64,000 bases of DNA, taken from positions 274,722,001 to 274,786,000 of the forward strand of contig OZ024743.1 of assembly GCA_964016885.1 (NCBI GenBank), given 5' to 3'. Source of the DNA: Eledone cirrhosa (Eukaryota). Numbering within the stretch: position 1 is the stretch's first letter; each line of letters starts with the position of its first letter. The notes under the pieces were generated by a model. That model did not search any database, was not told the origin of the DNA, and saw only the letters and a list, made by a program, of their open reading frames with translations. A program made the translations under genes and the position numbers. This document shows positions 14,738-29,616 of this stretch, one piece after another.

Positions 14738-14936
14738 GTAATTTCTAAATTAAACTTGATGTTTACAATCTACTAATGTATTGAATACCTTACTAACTGT
14801 GGGTGTACCCTTAACAGTTGGACGTAACTCCGCACTTGACGAAATAGCCGTGTATACGCCTTGAAAATGCTGGTAATACCGAGTTAAGTGAAACTGTTAA
14901 TATAGATATATATATATATATATGTATGTATGTATA

Positions 14937-15448
14937 TGCTACTGGTAACATGTAACCCAGTACAACCTGTCACATGGTTGGGTCGTCGGCGACTAAACCG
15001 GCAACCCCACCAAGTTTACTTGGTGAGGAGGGTGATTTTGGACACCCTGCAGGACAAAAAACAAAACCTGACAAAGGACAGAAGAACTCATAAGAGTCAA
15101 CGGCCATCCGAAAGTGTGTAAATATGTATATACACATGTACCGCGCGGTTAAACCACTGGGAGTGAAGGACCCCTAGCCTTTGTCAGGGCATTCTTCTAG
15201 GAGAAGGCAACTCAGGAAACTGGGATCACTCCGATATAAAACCTGCGGCTCAGTAGTTACCGATGATGTTGATCTTTTCTTCTTTTCGGGTTATAGCTAC
15301 TGTGGCTCAGAGAGTGGGATTGGCTCAGTGCACAGTCTATCCTCACTTTAAAGAATATCCTCACGCACAGGCATAACACGATAGAATTATATTAATAATG
15401 GTATATCGTGCAATGGCCATACTCGATAACGAGGGGGCATTCATCATG
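14937..15448 (+). mobile_element. Related non-autonomous RTE-derived element
   Basis: 5' part homologous to 5640-5885 (revcomp); 3' end TATCGTGCAATGGCCATACTCGATAACGAGGGGGCA matches the RTE tail at 38.2/38.5 kb; (TATG)n flanks. Confidence 0.75.
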
Positions 15449-15666
15449 TTTGTATGTATGTAAATATGTGCATGACAAAAAAATGTTCGTTTCTCTCAGA
15501 AATGAGCTGATCACAGTGAAACGAAAAGTTGTCAGGATAAATAATATCAAATAAATATATATTGTCTACTATTTTATATTGAGTACTCAGCTGAAAAGGT
15601 CCCCCATTACTCGTGTAGTAAGCAAAAGCAATAAATTATATGTGCGAGTATGTGTGTATTTGGACG

Positions 15667-15802
<136 letters not shown>

Positions 15803-16431
15803 ATGTCTACATCTATCTATCAATCAATCTATCACAGTGACAGGCCAACCCAACTCTAGTTACTCCACCTGCCGACAACAATCTGCACAATACAACGTCA
15901 CTGCATCACATTGGAGGGACATATTGACTACAAAACTATTATTCAACATCCCTAATTGACTCGGTTTTCTTCATATACGTAACCTTCGCTTCTTTTCCCT
16001 CGCTCTTTATGCCTCTCCTCCCCTTCCTCATCCTTCTACTCATCCTAACTCTTCTATTCATTCAGCAACTCCATCAACCTTCCTCTTTTGTTTATTTCAC
16101 TCTCTTTCTCTCCTTGTCTTTATTCATTCTATCTTTCTCTATCATTCCCTCTCCAGTTAACTTTGTCTGGCTCCCCCTCTCTCTTTCTGCCCTCTCTCTC
16201 TCTCTCTCTCTGCCTCACACTCCCCCTTCTCTCTCTCTCTCTCGCCCACTCTCTCTCCCTCTTTCTCCTTATATCTCATTCATACTTTTTCTTACAATAT
16301 TTTTACCACCATGTCATTAACTGTTCTTCTCTCACCCCCCTCTCCCTCTCTTTATATATATATATATATACATATGTGTACTCTCTCTCCCTCACACACA
16401 CACACACATACCATACATACATACATATATA

Positions 16432-16464
<33 letters not shown>

Positions 16465-16527
16465 TGTGCGTGTGTGCTCTCTCTCCCTCACACACACACA
16501 CACATACCATACATACATACATATATA

Positions 16528-16563
<36 letters not shown>

Positions 16564-16597
16564 ACTCTCTCTCCCTCACACACACACATACCATACA

Positions 16598-16640
<43 letters not shown>

Positions 16641-17005
16641 TATATTCTACTTTCTCTCTATTGATCTGCAGCTACTCCTACACGATTTGCAACCCCCTAC
16701 ATTCATGTTAAAGTCTGTCTCCCACCCCTCCCCAACTGCCCGCTTTCCCAAGTTAACAGACACGAGACGTCATCAATTTTGTCTATACGCTAATTGGAAC
16801 TTATTAAAGCAAACTCGTCCGTCATTTTAAGCCCCACCCGATCTCCTCTGTGTCCCCTTCTCCTTATACTAGCCTACGCACACACCCTATGCATACACAC
16901 TACATGCATGCTTTCATGTGCATGTCTTATATGTATGTATATATGTATGTGTGTGTGTGTGTTTGCATATATATGTGTGTGTTTGCGTGTACACACACAT
17001 ATAAA

Positions 17006-17075
<70 letters not shown>

Positions 17076-17692
17076 ATGTATGTATATACATGCATGCATA
17101 CACATGGAAATGTGTGTGTGCGTGCACGCGCTAAAATAAACCACCGCATCGCACGCTTACACATACATACATACATACATACATACATACATACATACAT
17201 ACATACATACATACATACATACATAAAGCACATCCGCACATGCTCTCTGAGCAAAATCACTTACACTTTCATCCACACACACATTGATATTCATAAATAC
17301 GGAGGCACACGTGTTGGACATCAATTGTTTCCAACGAACAGTGTTCCAATTGTCAAATCGACGGAACATCCTGCTCGTGAAATTATCATGCTAGTGGCTG
17401 TGCATTCCACAGAGACGGATACATTCTAACGTTGTTCTCAGACAGACTCTGCATGACAAAGTGTGACAAGGGTGGTATATTGCATTGCATTAGAAGTACA
17501 ACTCATTTTTGCCGGCTGCGTGGACTGGAGCAACGTGATATATAGTATGTTGCCCAAGGGTACAACGTGGCGCAGTCATTCGAACGTACGACCTTACGTT
17601 GGTAAGTCGAACGCGCTAACCACTAAGCCATGCATCTCCACTGCCCCCCCCCCCCCCACCACCACCACCACCACCACACTCACATACACGAT

Positions 17693-17870
17693 TAGCAGTA
17701 TCGGTAGAAAATCGGACGCCATGATTTGAAGCATTGAGTTACGGCCCTTGCCATTCTGAGTTCAAATCCCGACGGGGTTAACTTTGCCTTTCATCCTTAC
17801 GGGATCGATAAAATAAAGTACCAGTAATACACTGGGATAATAGCTGGCCTTGTGCCAAAAGTAGAAACAA
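17693..17870 (+). mobile_element. SINE family A
   Basis: Matches consensus. Confidence 0.85.
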
Positions 17871-18189
17871 TAATCATTGTTTACACATTTCCATACCTTT
17901 AGGCGATATTAAATCCTACCGTAATACAACACCTATATTATAGTACACATTTTCTTGTACTACACATTGTAGCGTACTATACATTGGGGAGTACTACACA
18001 TTGTAAGGTACTACACATTGGTGTGTACCAAACGTTGCATGGTACTATATATCATAGGGTACCACATATTGTAACGTTCCTCACATAGAAACGTTCCACA
18101 CATCTTAGTATACCATACATTTTAGTGTACAACATATTATAATGTACCATACACCATATAGTGTACTTACTACACATAATACTGTACTC

Positions 18190-18448
18190 ATGCAATTAAC
18201 GTACATGTGGCTAAACATTCCACAGACACGCGTACCCTTAGCATAGTTCTCAGGGAGATTCAGCGTGAAACAGAATGTGACAGGCTGGCCCTTCGAATTA
18301 CATGTACAACTCATTTTTGCCAGCTGAGTGAACCGGAGTAACGTGAAATAAAATGTCTTGTTCAAGGACACTACACGCTGCCGGGAATCGAACTCACGAC
18401 CTTACGATTGTGAGCCAGATTCCCTAACCACAAATCACGCGCTTTCAC
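18190..18448 (-). mobile_element. tRNA-derived SINE family B (CORE-like segment)
   Basis: B box GAGTTCGATTCC on minus strand; AAATGTCTTGTTCAAGGACAC; relatives at approx. 2740-2900, 17380-17640, 53995-54240. Confidence 0.78.
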
Positions 18449-18497
18449 TATAGTGTACTATACACATAGTGTATTGTACATCATTATGTACTATACA

Positions 18498-18682
18498 GTG
18501 GATTGGCAGTATCGGTAGAGGGTCGGACGCCATGCTTTGCAGCATAGAGTTACGTCCCTTGCCATTCTGAGTTCAAATCCCACCGAGGTTAACTTTGCCT
18601 TTCATCCTTACGGGGTCGATAAAATAAAGTACCAGTAATGCACTGGGATAATTGCTGGCCTTGTGCCAAAAGTAGAAACAAT
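18498..18682 (+). mobile_element. SINE family A
   Basis: Matches consensus; TGTACTATACA repeated on both flanks (possible TSD). Confidence 0.88.
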
Positions 18683-18820
18683 TGTGTACTATACACATAT
18701 CCTAATGTACCACACAACACAATGTACCACACATCATAATGTCCACCATACACAGAGACCACTGTACACCCTACACATATTCCATCATACAATCTCCACA
18801 TAGACATTCACCATAACCTC

Positions 18821-19195
18821 CATATACACAGATTCAACACACACACACACCTTTTACATATACACAGATTCAACACACACACACACACACCTTTTACATA
18901 TACACAGATTCAACACACACACACACCTTTTACATATACACAGATTCAACACACACACACACACACCTTTTACATATACACAGATTCAACACACACACAC
19001 CTTTTAATTATACACAGATTCAACACACACCTTTTACATATACTCAGAATCAACACACACACACACACCTTTTACATATATACAGATTTAATACACACAC
19101 ACACACACACACCTTTTACATATACACAGATTCAATACACACACCTTTTACATATACACAGATTCAATACACACACCTTTTACATATACACATAC
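18821..19195 (+). repeat. Approx. 30-35-bp minisatellite with variable (CA)n
   Basis: CCTTTTACATATACACAGATTCAA(CA)n. Confidence 0.9.
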
Positions 19196-20995
19196 ACTCT
19201 TACCTTTTGTAGATACACTTACACAGACTTTCAACCAAAATTCAACACATCCAAATACTACCACACAACTTCCGCATGTACAAGCTCCACGACACCACAC
19301 CACACCACCTAACAACCACAACCTACACCACAAACTACCACCAATCACCACCATTACAACCACCCTTAACACCAAGTTCACCACCACTACTACCGCCACG
19401 ACGACTAACACCACCAACCACGACAGCTACCATTGCTCAAATTAACCCCACCATCATTCTCACCGCCACTACCACCACTACCACCCCACCACCACCACCA
19501 CCACATCACCGCCACCATCACCACCACACATTACCACCATCACCACCACCACCACCACCAGCACCATCATCACCACCACCATCACCACCACACATCACCA
19601 CCATCACCATCACCACCAGCACCACTACTAATACACGAGGGGTTTCTATCTTCGATTTATGCTCCATTTCCTCGCTGAAACTAATTTCAATGACTGAATT
19701 ATTTCCCCGTCGCAATCTCATCATTCCTGTAGTGATGGTAATGGTTGTGGTGGTGGTGGTGGTGGTGGTGGTAGGGATAGTAGTGGAGGTGGTAGATGTG
19801 ATGGTGGCGGTAGTATAGGTGGTAGTGGTGGTACAAATAGTAGAGGGGGTGGGAGTTGTGATGGTGGTGGTAGTGGTGGTTGTAGTGGTGGCGGTGGTAG
19901 TAGTTGTGGTGGCGGTGGTGATGGTGGTGGTAATGGTGTTTGTAGTGGTAGTAGTGGTGGTAGTGGTTGTGGTGGTAGGGATAGTAATGGAGGTGGTAGT
20001 TGTGATGGTAGTGGTAGTAGTGGTTGTAGTGGTAGTGGTGGTGCTGGTAGTTGGTGGCGGTGGTAGGGAAGTAGTGGGGGTGGTAGTAGTGATGGTGGTG
20101 GTAGTAGTGATGGTGGTGGTGGTAGTGATGGTGGTGGTGATAGTGATGGTGGTGGTGGTGGTTTTGGTGGTGGTGGTGATACTGTTGCTACCCTTACTGT
20201 TATCAAAGCCATTGCCACTATAAACACTACTACTACACCTAACAACAACAACAATGACAACCCCCTCCCCTACCAAGAGAGCATATGTGGTTACTTGATA
20301 TCCTAGAAAAACAACCAAATCTCTATCGAATCATACTCCACTCTCTTAGAAAGGGAACAAAACGATGATTAATGATATAGTCTTTCATACAGTATGTATG
20401 ACAAAAGATGGGATGGTCACAGCTGGAATACCTTTTATCATAAGGATTTTTCTTTTAATCAAAACCGGTCTGGAGTTAAACAACAACAACAACACAAGAT
20501 CACCCTCAACATGGCGGTCGCTGGATATTTGTTCCAGGAGTCTGCGTTCTGAGTTCAGACCATACCGTGGTCCATTCTGCCTTTCATCTTTTCGAGGTCG
20601 ATAAAGAAAGTACCTGCCCATTGCTGGTACGGCCTTCTCTCCTTCTAGCTGTCACATGCTGGATGTTCTGCTGTATCAAATGAGGGAGAGTCGAGAGGGT
20701 GCCCCTGTGTCTGCTCGCAATAACATGAGGACATAGAACACTTAGCGAAAGCATGGTAGCTATTACCAACTCATACTCAATTGCTAGTGGTGGCTGTAGT
20801 AGTGTAGTTACCACTCCTACTAACAGCAACACCATTACCACTCTCATACATATAAACACACACACATAATCTCTCACTCTCTATCTTTCTTACTTTATAT
20901 ATTTAACTCGGCCTCATTCTATCTTTTTTTCTCATTCCCACATATACCTACTCTCTTCTATTCATTCTCATTTTGTCGCTCTCACATTCTCTGCA

Positions 20996-21033
<38 letters not shown>

Positions 21034-21742
21034 AACACACACATAAACACATACCCATTCTCTCCCCTCCATTCACTTTATCTCTCTCTCTCTCTCTCAG
21101 ACACACACACACTGACTCACGCACTCTCTCTCTCTCCTCCTCTCTCTCTCCTCCTCTCCTCTCTCTCTCTCGTTCTCTCAAGCACAGACATACACCCAAG
21201 TTCTTCCTCCCTCTTCTCCTTCTCTTTCAGACACACCCACACACGCTCTAATTTCCTCTTACTCTCACTTTCACTTTCACTTTACCTCTCCTCCTCCCCT
21301 TTTTCACTAAGGATAAATCAATAGTAAGTCTGTCACTTAACTTAATCTAAGATTTTATCAAATATTCTTCTCTGACATCCTTCCATTGCTCACTGTCAAA
21401 TCACTGGCCTTACCCGTACCCACCTGTCTGGATCCGTTTCTATCTATTTCTACCTATTTCTACCCCTTTCTACCTGTTTTCACCTGTCACTAACTCTTCC
21501 CAACTATTTCCGTCTCCATATGTGTACATCTGTAACTACATAGATCTACCTGCTTCCACCTGTCAGCTATCCAGATTAATTTCATTAGACACCTGGCTCC
21601 ACATGTCTTTGCGTGACTCAACCTGTGTTTCCACGTTTCTCCGGCCATTTTTACCTATCTGTCTTTCATATACCTCTATCTGTCCCAACCTATCTTCAAG
21701 CGCCTACACGTATCTCCACCTCGGAGCACCTACCTGCCTTCC

Positions 21743-21836
<94 letters not shown>

Positions 21837-22606
21837 AATATGTCTGCATCTGTCTTCAACTCTCCCCACCAACAACCTCCACCTATCGTTCATCTGTCGT
21901 CCACCTGTCGATCAAATTCCGACTACCTGTCGTCCACTTATCTCTACTTCTTTAATATCATGATCCAGCACCTGTTCTTCTCGTCTCCACATGCCATCCA
22001 CTTATTTCCACTTACCATACACCTGTCTGGATCTGTCTTTCTCGTTTACACCTGCCGTTCCCCTATTTCCAGACACCTTCTTACCTACCTTCATCTCTCT
22101 TTCGTTTCTACACGCCGTCAACCTGTTTCCACCAGACGTACACCTGTCTCCATCAGTTTCCAGGTGTCCTCTACTTATTCGCACCTGTCTTTTCCTGTCT
22201 CCACCTATATCCAAATACTCCACCCCCAACTATCTCTAACTGTCTCAACCTGCCGTCTACCTGTCTTGAGCTGCCATTCCACCCGTCTTCACCTTTCAGC
22301 TAGCTAGATTACTTTCATTAAGCACCTGGGACTCTTTATACGAAGTCATTCGACATTGCTGAAAATTCCAGAACAAATCTCACTGAATTCCCAACCCACC
22401 GTGTAAAGAAAGACAAAAATATATTATCAGAAGCAGAGATAAAGAAGGTGGGGAAATCATGGTGAAGGAAAGGAGTGAGGTCTTACATAACAGAAATGGG
22501 CCGAGAGTTGGTGCTGATATATTTTCTCTTTCATATATAAAAGGTACAAAAGAATAAAAGAATTTTTTTCTTTACGGACAGAATCATATATCAATATTAT
22601 TATTAT

Positions 22607-22791
22607 AGGTGGATTGGCAGTATCGGTAGAGGGTCGGACTCCATGCTTTACAGCATAGTTACGCCCCTTTACGATCTGAGTTCAAATCCTGCCGAGGTTA
22701 ACTTTGCCTTTCATCCTTATGGGGTCGATAAAATAAAGTACCAGTAATGTACTGGGTATTTGCTGGCCTTGTGCCAAAAAGTAGAAACAAA
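22607..22791 (+). mobile_element. SINE family A
   Basis: Matches consensus; (ATT)n upstream. Confidence 0.88.
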
Positions 22792-22836
22792 TATGATTGT
22801 TATAGGCACGTACATATACACACATTCACCACCCTG

Positions 22837-22906
<70 letters not shown>

Positions 22907-23085
22907 GGTGTGTGTGCGTGTGTCTGTACATATGCAATCAGATCGGTCGTGTTGTGTATTATTTCAATATACATACACACACGCGCACGCGTACACACAT
23001 ACAAACACATACATCCTACCGCTATACATCATTTCTTCATGTAATCAACTCCATCTTCTCAAGCAGCAGAAAATCATTCATGTAT

Positions 23086-23120
<35 letters not shown>

Positions 23121-23181
23121 TCACTCTCACACACACTCTTTCTCTTTCTCTCTCTCTGTATATATATATATATATATATAT

Positions 23182-23256
<75 letters not shown>

Positions 23257-23400
23257 CATATATATATATATATATATACATATATACATACATATATATA
23301 TATATATACACATACATATATATATATATATACACATACATATATATATATATATACACATATATACATACATATATATATATATATATACATATATACA

Positions 23401-23450
<50 letters not shown>

Positions 23451-23912
23451 GCGTGTGTGGTGTGTGTATATATATATACCTGCGTGTGCGTGTTTATTTG
23501 TGTGTATGTGTATGTATATATGTATATATGTGTATATGTATGTATGTATATATGTAGGTATGTATAAATGCATGTATATACGTATAAATGCACGTATGTA
23601 TATACGAGCATGTATGCATGTTTTCTAAGATCGACTTTGACAAATAAGATGAATGGCTGCGAATATCAGTGAATGCAGCCGGATTACTGTGAACAATGTG
23701 TTGCTCTTATCTACATAATCCCACATGCACAGACGCTATCTAGCGGCGTCTGTGGGAAACACCAGAAATTCCTGGAAACCTATAAACAACATGGCTGAGA
23801 AAGAAAATAAAAAAAAGTGGGGGGATTTTCCCTTTTATTCCTAAGAATACCTCGTTTCCTTCTTTTCCAATTCTCTTTAGTATCGTTCTTGTCTAAAAGT
23901 TTTTTTTCTTTA

Positions 23913-24041
<129 letters not shown>

Positions 24042-24274
24042 GAGAGAGAGAGAGATTTAATTATATGCTTCCTTCTTCTGTTGACTCTTACTCTTCCATT
24101 CCCTCTTTTAGTTTCTCTCTCCGAACAAACATGTACATGTATACACACATACAAACACATACACACATACATATGCATACGTACAAACACACATATATAT
24201 ATATATATACATACATACATACATACACCAACACACATACTTACATACAAACATACATATACACATACATACAT

Positions 24275-24306
<32 letters not shown>

Positions 24307-24419
24307 GGTGGGGATATATAATAATCTTATATATATATTCTCTCTCTATTATAATTCCTTCTCTATGATAGCTATTATTTTTCTATATTGTTATTGTTTT
24401 AATTTTTTGCTTTATTATA

Positions 24420-24929
24420 TGTAATTCCTTATTATTGTGGCTAATAAATGAAAATCCTTTAAGTGCTTCAGCCCTTTCAAGTGCTCGTCTTGAAAGGGCT
24501 GAAGACGAGCACTTACCTCTTCTTCGGTGATGCCCTGATTAACTTTTTCAAATTTCATTTGAAAAGGAAAATCAGAGTAGAGAGGGAAGTGCTCTCGTCC
24601 CAGCATTTTGTTGAAAGATGGGTGAGAGAAGCAAGAATGGCCCGAGTGAATGGGCCTACTCTGAGTATGTATCTGTAAATTAAAGGTGGAAAACTGGGAG
24701 AGGGCACTTGCCTTGGTGGTCAGGGTCACTGTGGCCTTTTAATGGTCTTTCTCCACCAATGTCCCTCGGAAGTCTCCCCACTATTGGGGAATTTTTTTAT
24801 TGTTCTATTATTACATCCTCTGTTTTTGTTTTTTTTACACGCAGAAATGCCTTTTTGTACAGTCCTGTATTGTCCTGTACTGTCCTTAATGTCTACTTTG
24901 TCTAAACCCTTGTGGTTAATAAAGAAATC
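24420..24929 (+). mobile_element. Divergent Tx1-clade LINE 3' fragment ending in (ATT)n
   Basis: ORF 24463-24678 RKIRVEREVL..ERWVREARMARVNGPTLSMYL* is homologous to the C-terminus of the 604-aa ORF; different 3' UTR. Confidence 0.85.
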
Positions 24930-24951
24930 ATTATTATTATTATTATCATTA

Positions 24952-25237
24952 TTCTTTGAGTCTCAGTCATTGATGTTAGTTAACTGGAAAGTTTGTTGAA
25001 ATGAATATCAAACCACTACCTGCAGCCTCAGATATTCAGGACGTATCGGAGGGTTCTTGCTGTTCCCAGCAAGCATGCATTTTGAAGCGTTCCAAAAAGC
25101 GTGGCGGGGCCAATTTTCTTTAACCATCCCTGGAAACTTTTTGAGATAGTCCCTAGTGCGCCTATGACAATCGGGACCACTTTGACCTCATGGCAGTTCC
25201 AAATCCTTTTTACCTCCCACGTTAAGTCCTGGTATCG
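24952..25237 (-). mobile_element. R4/Dong-clade non-LTR element 3' end (restriction-like endonuclease C-terminus)
   Basis: Manual translation RYQDLTWEVKRIWNCHEVKVVPIVIGALGTISKSFQGWLKKIG..LQNACLLGTARTLRYVLNI* (stop 25028-25030); (TAA)n on both sides. Confidence 0.85.
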
Positions 25238-25258
25238 TTATTATTATTATTATTATTA

Positions 25259-25425
25259 TTGGCAGTATCGGTAGAGGGTCGGACGCTATGCTTTGACGCC
25301 CTTGCCATTCTGAGTTCAAATCCCGCCGAGGTTAACTTTGCCTTTCATCCTTACGAGGTCGATAAAATAAAGTACCAGTAATGCACTGGGTAATTGCTGG
25401 CCTTGTGCCAAAAGTAGAAACAATT
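25259..25425 (+). mobile_element. SINE family A
   Basis: Matches consensus; (ATT)n on both sides. Confidence 0.88.
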
Positions 25426-26058
25426 ATTATTATTATTATTTTCTTCTTCTTCTTCGTCTTCTTCTTCTCCTCCTCCTCCTTCTTCTTATTCATTCTTCTT
25501 TTTCTTCTTCTTTTCCTCCTTCCCCCTCCTCCTTCTTCTTATTCTTATGCCTTCTTTTTCTTCTTCTCCTCCTTCTCTCCCCTCCCTCTCCTCATTCTTC
25601 TTATGCCTTCTTCTTTTTCTTCTTTTTCTTCTTCTCCTCTTTCTCTCCCCTCCCCCTCCTCATTCTTCTTATTCCTTCTTCTTTTTCTTCTTTTTCTTCT
25701 TCTCCTCCTTCTCTCCCCTCCCCTCCTCATTCTTCTTATTCCTTCTTCTTTTTCTTCATTTTCTCCTCCTTCTCCCCCTCTCCTCCTCTCTTCTTCTTCT
25801 GCTTCTTCTTCTTCTTCTAACGTAATTATTTATTCTTTTATTTTTTATCCACCTAATATAATTTTTCTCTTCCTATTTTTGTATTACCATTCTTGTTGCT
25901 AATGTTGTTCCCGACTGCTGCTAGTGGTGATGGTGCTGCTGCTGTCCAGGATGACGCTGCTGATGTAATTCTTTATTCTTTACTAAAGATGATTTTGATG
26001 ATGATATAGTCGTGACTGTTGTTTTTCTTATATATAAACATATATTAATATATTATTA

Positions 26059-26191
<133 letters not shown>

Positions 26192-26477
26192 TACACAGAC
26201 ACATATATATGATGTTAGGGTGAAAAATATTTGTGCACAGCAAGCGTGTGTGAAAAATTGGGTTAGAGAAATATGGATGTGAAATTGGCGAATGATATGA
26301 ATGGAGATGGTGGTAGGTGGAGAGGGGGAGAGAGAGCACACTTCGTAAACTCGAGAGGAAGACAGACAAACAGGCAAAGAGAGATGGGGGTAGAGAGAGA
26401 GGGGCTAGATAGGTAGAGAAGGGGTAGGAAGAGAGAGGAGGGAGGTAGGGAGGTGGATAGATAGATATATAGTTATG

Positions 26478-29400
26478 TTTCTTTATTAGCCACAGGGGCA
26501 CAAATGAAGGGGACAAATACAAAGAGGGAAGTTTACATACAATAAAAACGTGTAAAATATTATCACAAATGTAATTTAAAAGTTAATCGATTTTCATATG
26601 GGTAACACATACCCCCCGAAAAAAATGTGCAACCCTCATCTCCAGGAGTACGAAGAGTGAGTACCCCTTTCCTCTCTTCCTCCTTTTCCTCAAACTACAG
26701 GCTGATATAGAGAGAAGGCCCATTCACTCGGGCCATTATCGCCACTTTCACCCACCTTTCATAAAACTTGCTGGGGTACAGCACCTCTCTCTCCATCCTG
26801 ATTCTTCTTCCAACGTGGTATTTGAAAAAAATAATCAGTTGTTGGCCGGAGAAAAAGTGTCTGACCTCACCCTTTTTAACCTCGTCCACCATACAACCTC
26901 TTTCGCCATAGCTATCACACAAAGGAAAACCGCCTCTCCTTCGTTTTTGAAGAAGGGTGGCGGTTTGATTATGACAATAGACTCGGTGGTCAACTGGATT
27001 GGTCCAACCCGCGACAATAGTCGTTCTACATAGCCCCACAGGCCGGTAACGCCCGGGTAGTGTATGAATGCGTGCGCGACGGTTTCCTCGTCGCGCACGC
27101 ATCTCGGACAGATCTTTTTCGAAAGGTCCCTTCCCGGGCGCCCGTGTCTGTAGGGCTTGTCTCGAACTGGTAGAGCTCCTCGGTAGCACTGCCGGGCCAG
27201 GGACTTTTGGAAGTTGTCCATCGGTCCCGGACGGAAGGTTCTACCGAATAGACTGGCCAGTTCGTCTTCATCTACACTCAGAGTTTCACTGAGCGCGTCC
27301 TCACACTTTCTGCGGACCAACCCTCTATAGAATGACGAAGTGGAGTCTCCACTGATCGCCGGGTCCGCCTGCCAGAGGGCTGTGAGCGCATGAGCACATT
27401 CGATGTGCGAGTCGCCCATTTTCCTCGGTCTTTGCTTGACCCAGGACTGCAGCACGGTCAACGAGACGAGTCGTGAGAATGCTCGCTTCACGAACGGAGC
27501 CCACACCGGTTATCCGGTGAGCAATACGTGGAGGTGCCACAGGCTGAGCGCGTGTTTGCGCATCGTCAGCCACGGCATCCCCAGCCCTCCGTTTGAAAGC
27601 TGTTGGCAGCAGATGGATCTTCTCACCAAAGGACCCCGCTTCTTCCAAAGGAATTGGAAGAGCGCGCGCTCCATTTTGGTGAGCGTTTTGGCTGGACAAG
27701 GCACGACGGTCAAGCGGTAGTAGATGACGGGCGCTATAAAAGTGTTCGCCACCTCCACTCGACCTTTCAAGGATAGTTTGCACTCGGCCCACTTCTGGGT
27801 GAGTGCAAACACCTTGGCCGTCACCTCGTTCCAGTTCTTCTCCACCTGGAGGTCCGGACCAAACCAGACCCCGAGCAGCTTTACTGGTCCTTCCGTCCAG
27901 CGTCCGACGACGCCATCAGAAGGCATCGGTTTGCCTCTCTACGATCCGAGTTGCAAACCGATGGACCTGTCCCGGTTCAGCTTCGCTCCTGTGAACCTTT
28001 TGTATTCCTTCAGTAAGGTGTCAACTTCCTCAATTTGCGAGGTGCTCGACACCATTACTTGTTACGTCGTCGGCCTAGGCCGACGCCGCTTTCCGCAGTC
28101 CCGGTTCCAGAGGGATGCCCTGCAATAGCTCCAACTTCCGCAGTAGTGGCTGGAGAGTCAGTACGTAGAGAAGGGAGGAGCGAAGCCATCCCTGTCGAAT
28201 GGATCGCGTGATATGGAACGGCTCTGAGAGGTAGCCGTTCACCTTGACCCTTGAGCAGATGTTGCTGTTGTGCATTGCAGAAATCCAGCCCCTGAACACG
28301 GGTCCGAAGCCTGCCGCCTGGAGCACCGCATCCAGGTAACGATGGTCAACCCTATCGAAAGCCTTAGACTGATCCAAGTTGATCAGGGCCCCACCGAAGC
28401 CGGGTTTACACCCAACCCTCTCTATGATGTATCGCATGAGGTGGAGGTACGTGTGTATGGACCAGGTCGGGATTGCGCATGTCTGCACTTCTCCCACCAG
28501 GTTTTCGACGACAAGCGCTAGCCTCTTTGCCAACACCTTGGCAAAAATCTGTAACTCTGTGTTTAGCAGAGTTATGGGCCGGAAGTTGCCTATGTCATCC
28601 CCCTTATTCTCGTCCTTCCTGACTAGTGCGACTACGCTCCTGGACACAGAACTGGGAATTCTCCTGTTCTGCTTCCAGTTGCAGTAGACCGCTTCCAGAA
28701 GACCGGAGAACAAGCCCGGCATTGCTACGTAAAATTCGTAGGGTAGCCCGTCGAGAATTTGAGATATGCGTTTGCCGCATTGGCTCAGTGCGTCCTCTAT
28801 CTCAGCGGCTGAAATCAGCGTTTCGCAGAACTTCGCCTCGCTGTCCGAGAGTCGCGGTAGGCCGTCGAGGTATGAACCGAAATAACCCCTCCCGGCGCGC
28901 CGCCCTTCCCGAGCAGTTGAGCAAAGTGCCGCTGAAAGGCCGCACACATCTGCTTCGGCTCACGTATCACGCGTCCGTTTTGGTCCTTCAAAGACTGAAT
29001 CGTGAACTTGTTGCCACTTTTTGCCTCCGTCACTCGGGCCCAGCTAACAGCTTTGGCTGCCTCGTTTCCCAGAGCACTATTTTGCTTCTGACAACGCAGC
29101 CCTCGTACTTTGCGTCGAAGAACTGGTCCAAGGCCGTTCTCGTTGCTAGCACGCTGGCTACGTTGCCACTTCTAATTGCCTCTTCTACTTTATCTACCAG
29201 TTCCTTCTCGGTTCTATTTCTATCTAACGCTAATTCTTTACTAAAAACTAACGAGTCTAATCTAACTGCCCTCTAATCTAATCTAACTGCCTTGACAGTG
29301 GCCCCTGTCAAGTGCTGTTTAACTAAAGTGCTAATCCGTCTACTGTAGGCTTTGCATGTCGGTAATGACAAGTTCAGCTTCCAGTAGCCGGGTCCTTGTC

Positions 29401-29616
29401 TATGGGTTCTATCAAGGTTGGCCATGCAGGTCACTAGTTTGTGATCTGAATAGGCAACCATGAACATTTGTGGACAGCTTAACATCTCCCTATCCTTATT
29501 TCTAACTAGAACCCTATCTAGGTACGATCTAGATGTTCCGCTAAGATTAGTCCACGTCCACAGTGGCACAGTCGGAAAATCTAGTCGATATTTATCGGCC
29601 AGGTCAAATCGGCCGC
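26478..29616 (-). mobile_element. Tx1/L1-clade LINE, 5'-truncated and frameshifted (end of APE endonuclease, RT, zinc knuckle, 3' UTR)
   Basis: ORF pieces: SYLDRVLV..SDHKLVT..GPGYWKLN (29273-29569), NFRPITLLN..DQSKAFDRVDH (28075-28947), KLLGVWFG, CPRC..H; (GATA)n on both sides. Confidence 0.92.
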
